Shown one piece after another: positions 55,110 through 61,849 of a stretch of 64,000 bases of DNA. Both the position numbers and the translations under genes were made by a program. Where the stretch lies: the NCBI GenBank assembly GCA_035463115.1, contig DATHTO010000005.1, positions 4,061 through 68,060 of the forward strand, in the 5' to 3' direction. Below the pieces are notes generated by a model. It searched no databases. It was not told the DNA's origin and saw only the letters and a program-made list of their open reading frames with translations. Position 1 is the stretch's first letter, and each line of letters begins with the position of its first letter. Origin of the DNA: Actinomycetota bacterium. GTDB taxonomy: Bacteria; Actinomycetota; UBA4738; HRBIN12.

Positions 55110-56102
55110 TCAGCCGACGAGCCGCGCGCCCTGACCGCGACGCTTGTGCGCGTACATCGCCGCGTCGGCGTGGCGCATCAGCTCGTCGGCGTCGCGCGCC
55201 CCCGACGGGAACATCGCCGAGCCGATGCTGATCGACGTGTGCACCGTCCGCTCTCGGAGGGGGATCGGCTCGGCGACCATGTCGGCGATCCGCCCCGACA
55301 CCCGAGCGATCACCTCGTCCGCCGTCGGCCCCCGGTCGTCGGGGAGGTCCGCGAGGAGCACGAGGAACTCATCACCGCCGAGACGGGCGACGAGATCGGT
55401 CGCCCGCGTCGCGGTCCGCAGGCGCGCGGCGACGACCTGGAGCAGCTCGTCCCCGGCGGCGTGCCCCATCTCGTCGTTCACCTCCTTGAAGCCGTCGAGA
55501 TCCATGAAGAGCACCGATACCGACGTGCCCGATCGCTCCGCACGGGCGATCGCGAGAGCGAGGTGCTCCTCGAACATCGCCCGGTTCGGAAGGTCCGTGA
55601 GCGTGTCGTGGTAGGCCATGTGCTGCGCCCGGAGCTCCGCCTCCTTCTGGGCGGTGATGTCGAACATCACCCCCTGGACGAACAGTGGAGTTCCGTCGGT
55701 GTCGCGGACGAGCTTCGAGCGGTCGTGGATCCACACGGTCGAACCGTCGGGGCGCACGTACCGGTAATCGCCCGCCTCCGGCGATCCCGTCTCGAGCCAC
55801 GTCAGGTACTCGTGCAGCATCCGATCGCGGTCGTCGGGATGGATCAGCTGCTCCCAGATGTCGGCTTTCTGGATGTAGTCGGCCGGCGTGACGCCCAAGA
55901 GGTCGCGGATCTGCGGACTGACGTAGTAGGTCGGCCCGTCGGGATCGGGCGAATCGACGTAGATCGCCGCGGGAAGCTGGTCGACGAGGGCGCCGTACTT
56001 CGCCTCGGCCTCGTAGAGCCGTCGCTCGAGCTCGTGGATCCGGGCCTCGAGGGCACGCCCATCGACGCCCGCGGTGGGCGGTTCCGCCGTCCGGCGCCCC
56101 AT
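55110..56102 (-). CDS. PAS-GGDEF diguanylate cyclase
   Basis: Trimmed from the TTG start at 56114 to ATG 56102 (GGAGG 5 nt upstream). Motif RLGGDEFLVL. 330 aa. Confidence 0.85.
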   Translation of the reverse strand: MGRRTAEPPTAGVDGRALEARIHELERRLYEAEAKYGALVDQLPAAIYVDSPDPDGPTYYVSPQIRDLLGVTPADYIQKADIWEQLIHPDDRDRMLHEYLTWLETGSPEAGDYRYVRPDGSTVWIHDRSKLVRDTDGTPLFVQGVMFDITAQKEAELRAQHMAYHDTLTDLPNRAMFEEHLALAIARAERSGTSVSVLFMDLDGFKEVNDEMGHAAGDELLQVVAARLRTATRATDLVARLGGDEFLVLLADLPDDRGPTADEVIARVSGRIADMVAEPIPLRERTVHTSISIGSAMFPSGARDADELMRHADAAMYAHKRRGQGARLVG

Positions 56103-56196
56103 GCCAGCCTCCAAGGGACGACCCGCGGCCGCCCACCTGCCGGATATCGGCGTCCGGTCAGCGCGCTTGAACCCGAGGGCCCTTGTGCCGGAACGG

Positions 56197-56232
56197 CGAG
56201 GGCCGCCCCGCCGTAGGCGGGGCGGCCCTCGG
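56197..56232 (-). terminator. Strong GC hairpin downstream of the sigma-factor gene (I-shaped terminator candidate, no U tract)
   Basis: CGAGGGCCGCCCCGCC-GTAG-GGCGGGGCGGCCCTCG, a 16-bp perfect stem, 27 nt after the stop at 56259. Confidence 0.5.
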
Positions 56233-56258
56233 AGGTACCGCCGCGGTCCCGCTCGGCG

Positions 56259-57191
56259 TCAGCCGAGCGCGACCGCGTTGATCAGGTTCGAGTCGCGGAG
56301 CTTCCGCAGCGCCTCGCGCTCGATCAGCCGGACCCGCTCGCCCGACAGACCGAGGACCTTGCCGGTCTCGCGGAGGCTCAGCGGCTGGCCGTTCTCGAGC
56401 CCGTAGCGCAGGGCCACGACGTGGCGCTCGCGCTCGTCGAGGACCTTGTCGACCGCGCCGCCGATCTCGTCGCGCAGGAGCTGGTCCTCCACCTCGTTGA
56501 AGGCGGCGTCGGAGTCGACCTCCTCGATCAGATCGCCGAGCTCGGTGTCCTCGCCCACGGGCGACTGCAGGGACAGCGGCTCGCGGCGGCCCATCTCCGT
56601 CAGGTCGTCGATCTCCTCGACCGTCGTGTCGAGCGCCTTCGCGAGCTCCTCGCGGGAAGGCTCGCGGCCCATCGACTGCGCGAACTGGAACCGGGTGCGG
56701 TTCAGCTTGCGCAGGCGGTCGTGGATGTGGACCGGCAGGCGGATCGACCGCGACCGGTCGGCGATCGCCCGGGTGATGCCCTGGCGGATCCACCAGGTCG
56801 CGTACGTCGAGAACTTGAACCCGCGACGCCAGTCGAACAGCTCGACGGCGCGCATCAGGCCGATGTTTCCCTCCTGGATCAGGTCCAGCAGCGGAAGGCC
56901 CTGACCCTGGTACTTGCGGGCCACGGACACCACGAGGCGCAGGTTCGCCATGATGAAACGCTGCCGCGCGGCCTCGGCCTTCTTCACGTCGGCACGGGCC
57001 TTCGCGATCGACTTCTCCGAGCGGAGACGGCCGGCGCGCAGGCGCTCCTCGCCGTCCTTGCCGCCCTCGATCGTCATCGCGAGCTCGACCTCTTCCTCCT
57101 TGGTGAGCAGCGGCTCGCGGGCCGCCGCCTCCAGGTAGAGGCGAAGGTCGTCAGCGTCGTCGGTCCCTAGGGGACGCGCCGGCTCAGGCAC
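56259..57191 (-). CDS. RNA polymerase sigma factor, sigma-70 (RpoD/SigA-SigB-like) family
   Basis: 310 aa. Regions 2-4 are readable: DLIQEGNIGLMRAVELFD, FSTYATWWIRQGITRAI, and LSLRETGKVLGLSGERVRLIEREALRKL. GTG start with GAGGAGGAG SD. Confidence 0.9.
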   Translation of the reverse strand: MPEPARPLGTDDADDLRLYLEAAAREPLLTKEEEVELAMTIEGGKDGEERLRAGRLRSEKSIAKARADVKKAEAARQRFIMANLRLVVSVARKYQGQGLPLLDLIQEGNIGLMRAVELFDWRRGFKFSTYATWWIRQGITRAIADRSRSIRLPVHIHDRLRKLNRTRFQFAQSMGREPSREELAKALDTTVEEIDDLTEMGRREPLSLQSPVGEDTELGDLIEEVDSDAAFNEVEDQLLRDEIGGAVDKVLDERERHVVALRYGLENGQPLSLRETGKVLGLSGERVRLIEREALRKLRDSNLINAVALG

Positions 57192-57377
57192 TAGCTATCA
57201 CGCTCCTCCTCGAGGCCCTCGGGCACGCTGTACCCGCGCGGGTCCTCGGGAAACTCGGTTCCTCCGGGCGAGCGGCGTCAGGGAACGGGCGCACATGAAG
57301 AAGCGCCTCCCGCCGCTCTGCACGGCATCGTATGGGGTCATCGCGGTATCTGTAAAGGTCAGAGGGTGTGAAGGTCT

Positions 57378-57393
57378 TGTGAAGCCGTTCACA
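57378..57393. promoter_or_regulatory. CRP/GlxR-type binding-site candidate TGTGA-N6-TCACA
   Basis: TGTGAagccgtTCACA, extended to the perfect 8+8 palindrome CTTGTGAA-gccg-TTCACAAG (57376-57395). It sits in a locally AT-richer divergent promoter region, 20 nt upstream of GTG 57413. Confidence 0.5.
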
Positions 57394-57412
57394 AGCGCGT
57401 ACGTTCCCGCTC

Positions 57413-58399
57413 GTGGCATCCCTGCCGCCGCCTCCTCCGCCCTCGGACCTCGGAAGGTTGAACGCCGGACCAGGGCGGATGATTCCGGGTGCCGCTCCCC
57501 CACCTCCGGCCCCGGCGCCCGCAGGGTCCGAGTCGTGGGAGACCCCGCCACCCGGAACGCTCGGGGCCGTCGGGACCGTCGGCACCGCGATCTCGATCTG
57601 GTGGCGCCATCGCGTCCGGCTGGCCCTCTTGACGTTCGTGCTAGGCGGTGTCGTCACGGTGGTGGCCAGCTTGGTCGACCCCGGGCCCGGGTTGCGCGAG
57701 CTGATCCAGATGTACCGAACGGGGCTGATCCCCGACGACCTCGAGCAGCCTTCGCGTGTGTCGCAGTCGTTGGGCATGTTGTCGGGTCTCGTCCTCGAGC
57801 CGATCCTCGCCCTGGCCACGATGCGGATCGTGGTCGGCGGGTCGGTCGGCTCCGTGCCGAAGGCGCCGGCGGCGGCCTTCTACGGGCTCCGGAGGATCGC
57901 CTCGACGTGGTGGTTGTTCATCGCGCTCGCGCTCACGTTCGTCGCGCTCGCGATCCCGACGCTGATCGTCGCGGCTGGCCTCGGAGCACAGTGGTCGCCG
58001 CTGTGGGGCGTCGGCGTCGTGCCGTTCGTCTACGTGGGCGTGCGCCTCGCGCCGGTGCTCGGTGCCTTCGTCGTCGACGACGCTCGCGGCTTCGCGGCGA
58101 TCGGACGCTCGTGGACCCTCTCGCGCCGCCGATGGTGGGCGACGGCCGGTGCCCTGGCGATCAGCGCCGCCCTCGCGATCGCCCTGGCCCTGGCGACGGT
58201 CGTCCTCCAGGTGCTGATCCCGGGCTCCGGGGATGCCAGCGCGTTCGCCCGGGCGGCCGTCGGCGCGCTCGTCGGGGCGTTCACCGGACCGATCCCGTAC
58301 GCGGTCGTCGCGGTGCTCTACCTCGACCTGCGGGCCCGCCACGAACCCACGCCGCCGTCGGCCGTGCGGACGATGATCGAGCGGCACGACCCCGACTGA
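57413..58399 (+). CDS. Proline-rich N-terminus, multi-pass membrane protein (function unknown)
   Basis: 328 aa, beginning MASLPPPPPPSDLG..., then about 6 hydrophobic segments. TACGTT lies 7 nt upstream of the GTG. An alternative ATG is at 57478. Confidence 0.7.
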   Translation: MASLPPPPPPSDLGRLNAGPGRMIPGAAPPPPAPAPAGSESWETPPPGTLGAVGTVGTAISIWWRHRVRLALLTFVLGGVVTVVASLVDPGPGLRELIQMYRTGLIPDDLEQPSRVSQSLGMLSGLVLEPILALATMRIVVGGSVGSVPKAPAAAFYGLRRIASTWWLFIALALTFVALAIPTLIVAAGLGAQWSPLWGVGVVPFVYVGVRLAPVLGAFVVDDARGFAAIGRSWTLSRRRWWATAGALAISAALAIALALATVVLQVLIPGSGDASAFARAAVGALVGAFTGPIPYAVVAVLYLDLRARHEPTPPSAVRTMIERHDPD

Positions 58400-58426
58400 C
58401 GCCGACGGGCGGTACGCTCGCCGCCC

Positions 58427-59311
58427 GTGGAGCTTCCGCCGCTGCAGACCGACGAGGCCGAAGGGCCGATCGCGTTCCGGACGTGGGACGGACCCGACGA
58501 CGTCACCTTCGTCCTCGTCCACGGACTGGGCGGGTCGCACGTGAACTGGGTGCGCGTCGCCGAAGGGCTGGCGGGGCTCGGGCGGGTGATCGCGCCGGAT
58601 CTGCCCGGCTTCGGGTGGTCGCCGATGGCCGGGCGCGACACCGGCGTCATGGCGCTGCGGCGCGCGTTGGACGCCCTGCTGGATCGTCACGTCGGCGGTG
58701 ACGTCGTGCTCTGCGGGAACTCGATGGGCGGGGGGATCGCCGTGCTCCAGGGGGCGATCGCGCCCGAACGCGTGCGCGGTCTCGTGCTGACGTCGTCGGT
58801 GTTCCCGTGGACGCGCGGCGCCCTCCCGCATCCGGCGGTCGTGGCCGGCTTCGCCGCGTACGACGCGGGCCGGGTCGGGGACACGCTGGTTCGGGAGCGC
58901 TTGCGCCGGCTCTCGGCCGAGCGGATCGTGCGCATCGGCTTCGCGATCACGACCACGGACCCGGCCGCGATCCCGGCCGACGTGATCGAGCTCCACGTCG
59001 CGGCCGTCCGCGAGCGGCAGGCCGATCCGGAGGGCTCCGAGGCGTTCCTCGGCGCGGCCAGGTCGCTGCTGCGTCTCGGCCGGCGGCCCGACGTCGCGGC
59101 GCGCGCGCTGGCAGGTGTCCGATGCCCGGTGCTCGTGATCCACGGACGCCAGGACCGCCTGGTCCCGCCGAGGTTCGCCGAGGAGGCGTTGGCGTCGCAT
59201 CCCGCGTGGCGCGGACGGTTCCTGCCGAACGTCGGCCACGTCGCGATGCTCGAGGCACCCGGTCGGTGGCTCAGTGAGGTCGCGGACTGGTTCGCAGAGC
59301 GCGTCGACTGA
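58427..59311 (+). CDS. Alpha/beta hydrolase
   Basis: 294 aa with HGLGGS and nucleophile elbow GNSMGG. TACGCT lies 8 nt upstream of the GTG. Confidence 0.85.
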   Translation: MELPPLQTDEAEGPIAFRTWDGPDDVTFVLVHGLGGSHVNWVRVAEGLAGLGRVIAPDLPGFGWSPMAGRDTGVMALRRALDALLDRHVGGDVVLCGNSMGGGIAVLQGAIAPERVRGLVLTSSVFPWTRGALPHPAVVAGFAAYDAGRVGDTLVRERLRRLSAERIVRIGFAITTTDPAAIPADVIELHVAAVRERQADPEGSEAFLGAARSLLRLGRRPDVAARALAGVRCPVLVIHGRQDRLVPPRFAEEALASHPAWRGRFLPNVGHVAMLEAPGRWLSEVADWFAERVD

Positions 59312-59319
59312 GACGCCGG

Positions 59320-60048
59320 CTACGGCGACTCGAGTCGGATCCGCATCCGCTTGTTCGCCTTCCCCTTCGACTCCGTCTTCACGACGCGGACGGCGCCGAC
59401 CTCGCTCGTCGAGCGCACGTGCGTGCCGCCGTCGGCCTGCCTATCGATGCCGTCGATGTCGATCACGCGGATCGGATCGACCGACTGCGGGATCAGGCTG
59501 ACCTTCGTCCGGATCAGATCGGGATCGGCGAGCGCTTCCGCGCGTGGCAGGAACAGGACCCTCACCTCGCGTCCTTCGGCGAGTCGGGCGTTGAGCGTGT
59601 CCTCGACGTCGCGGCCGAGCTCTTGGCTCATCGCGTCGAGCTCGAAGTCCATCCGCGCCGAACCGTCGTCGTCCATGTTGCCGCCCGTGACCTTCGCGCC
59701 GTGCCCGGTGAAGATCACGCCCGACAACGCGTGCAGGGCGGTGTGCGTCCGCATCAACCGATGGCGGCGTTCCCAGTCGATCTCGGCGGTGACGACCGTG
59801 CCGACCGGTGGGATCTCGGCGGCGTCGGCGACGACGTGGAGGACGTCGCCCGTCTCTCGCGACGTGATCGTGTCCACGACCGGGACGCTTCCGCCGTTCC
59901 AACGGAGGACGCCCCGATCGCCGGGCTGTCCGCCGCCGCGCGCGTAGAACACGGTGCGGTCGAGCACCACGCCTGCGTCGATCACCGCGGTGACCGACGC
60001 CTCGCACGTGGCGAGGTACGCATCGGTCGCGCTGAGCCGTTCCGTCAC
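59320..60048 (-). CDS. alaX: Alanyl-tRNA editing protein (AlaX-type, tRNA_SAD)
   Basis: Trimmed from the 480-aa track ORF to GTG 60048. Motifs HTALH and ADGGTHV. 242 aa. Confidence 0.85.
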   Translation of the reverse strand: MTERLSATDAYLATCEASVTAVIDAGVVLDRTVFYARGGGQPGDRGVLRWNGGSVPVVDTITSRETGDVLHVVADAAEIPPVGTVVTAEIDWERRHRLMRTHTALHALSGVIFTGHGAKVTGGNMDDDGSARMDFELDAMSQELGRDVEDTLNARLAEGREVRVLFLPRAEALADPDLIRTKVSLIPQSVDPIRVIDIDGIDRQADGGTHVRSTSEVGAVRVVKTESKGKANKRMRIRLESP

Positions 60049-60062
60049 GGAGCGACGATAGC

Positions 60063-60995
60063 TCAGACGACCGGCGCTTCGGCGGGCGGCGTCCGTCCCG
60101 TCGTCGAGCGCACGAGCGTCGCGAGCACCGCCCCGGCCAGGATCGCGACGCCACCGACCGCGGTGGTCGGCGTGAGGGGTTCCGAGAGGAAGACGGCCGC
60201 GAGGACGGCGACCGAGAGCGGCTCGAGGACGCCGATGATGGCGTTCCGCACCGCGCCGACGAGCTGGAGCCCGCCGAGCATCGCCGCGAACGCGCCCGCC
60301 GAGAACACCGCCATGCCCGCCACCGCGACCGCATCGTCGGCCCTCGGAACGGTGCCGCCGAACAGCGTCCAGAAGACGAGATGCCCGGCGGCGGCGGCGC
60401 CACCGAGCCAGGTGGCCGCCACCACCGGATCGGTCCGGGTCACGCGCCGATCGGCGGTGACGAGGTAGACGCTGTACACCACCGACGTGCCGAGCGCGAG
60501 CACGATCCCGAGCGGCTCGACCTCGACGTCGCCGCCGCCCACCACGACGACGGCGCTCCCGGCCAGCGCGAGGGCGAGCGCGACGAAGAGCTTCGCGGCT
60601 GGCGCGCGACGGTCCAGCGCGATCGTCGCGAGCGTGACCCAGACGGGATACGTGTAGAACAGCAGCGTCACCGCGCCCGCCTTGCCGTGGTTCAGCGCGT
60701 TGAAGTACAGCCCCGACTCGGTCGCGTACCCCAGGAACCCGGCGAGCACGAGCGGGAGCCACTCCCCTCGCGCGGGACGCAGCGACCGACGGAGCACCAG
60801 GAGCGCCGCGACGAGCAGGACGGTCTGCCCGCCGAAGCGCGCGGCGAGGACGGGGAACGGCCGCCCGCCGTCCTGGATGCGGTCGCCGAAGATCACGACG
60901 ACGGCGAACTGCACGGCCATCAGCGCGGAGAGCGCCGAGCCGAGGAGCTCCTGTCCGGGGGTGGCGGCACGCCGGGTGCTCACGTGCGACGTCAC
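60063..60995 (-). CDS. EamA/DMT family transporter
   Basis: 310 aa with 10 hydrophobic segments. The GTG start overlaps the upstream hydrolase stop (GTGA). Confidence 0.85.
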   Translation of the reverse strand: MTSHVSTRRAATPGQELLGSALSALMAVQFAVVVIFGDRIQDGGRPFPVLAARFGGQTVLLVAALLVLRRSLRPARGEWLPLVLAGFLGYATESGLYFNALNHGKAGAVTLLFYTYPVWVTLATIALDRRAPAAKLFVALALALAGSAVVVVGGGDVEVEPLGIVLALGTSVVYSVYLVTADRRVTRTDPVVAATWLGGAAAAGHLVFWTLFGGTVPRADDAVAVAGMAVFSAGAFAAMLGGLQLVGAVRNAIIGVLEPLSVAVLAAVFLSEPLTPTTAVGGVAILAGAVLATLVRSTTGRTPPAEAPVV

Positions 60996-61780
60996 GCGGC
61001 CTCCGACAGGAACGACCCCACGCGCTGGATCAGCTCGGGGATCGCCCCGAACAGCGCGTCCGACGAGGGGTAGACGAGTAGCTCCGCGTTCGGAAGCACC
61101 TCGGCGAGCGCCTCGCCGACCGCTACCGGATGGATGCGGTCACGTCGCTGGCAGATCAACAGGACCGGCGCCTCGACGGCGCGGAGCCGCTCCCGATCGT
61201 CGATCGCGACGTCCCGGACCACCTCGCGGATCGCCCGCGCGATGCCGACCGGGTCGGCGTCCTGCCAGAGCATCATCGCGAGGTCGCGCATCCACGGCTG
61301 ACCACCGCCCTCGCGGATGACGCGCTCGAGCGCCTGCTCCTTCTCGAGCGTCTCGAGGATGTCGGCGGTGCGGTCGAACGACGACGTGTCGAACAGCGGG
61401 ACGTCGAGCGCCGCAGGCAGCAGGAACACGATGCGCTCGAACCGTGTCGGGTCCCGACCGAGGAGGTGGGTGATCGCGCCCGCGCCCATCGAGGTTCCGA
61501 AGGCGCACGTCGCACCGTACGCGTCGGCTACGGCCTCGACGTCACGAGCGAGGTCCGCGAACCGGTACGCGCCACGCGCCGGGGAGCTCGAGTGCCCGTG
61601 CCCACGGAAGCAGAACCGCACCTTCGTTCCGGGAGCGAACGGGGTGAACGCCGCGAGCTCCATGCACGAGTTCGTCAGCCCGTGGGCGAAGACGGTCACC
61701 GGCTCGCCGGTGCCATCGACCTCCACGTGCAGCGTCGCGTCGTGGGTCTGCAGCTCGGGCACGGGATCGTCCTCCGGCAC
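60992..61780 (-). CDS. Alpha/beta hydrolase
   Basis: 262 aa with HGLTNS and GTSMGAG. Confidence 0.85.
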   Translation of the reverse strand: MPEDDPVPELQTHDATLHVEVDGTGEPVTVFAHGLTNSCMELAAFTPFAPGTKVRFCFRGHGHSSSPARGAYRFADLARDVEAVADAYGATCAFGTSMGAGAITHLLGRDPTRFERIVFLLPAALDVPLFDTSSFDRTADILETLEKEQALERVIREGGGQPWMRDLAMMLWQDADPVGIARAIREVVRDVAIDDRERLRAVEAPVLLICQRRDRIHPVAVGEALAEVLPNAELLVYPSSDALFGAIPELIQRVGSFLSEAA

Positions 61781-61849
61781 GCCGTCGGGAACGCTGACCG
61801 GGTCGGCGCGCCAGCCTACGACGGACGCCCGGCTCGGACGGCGACCCGC

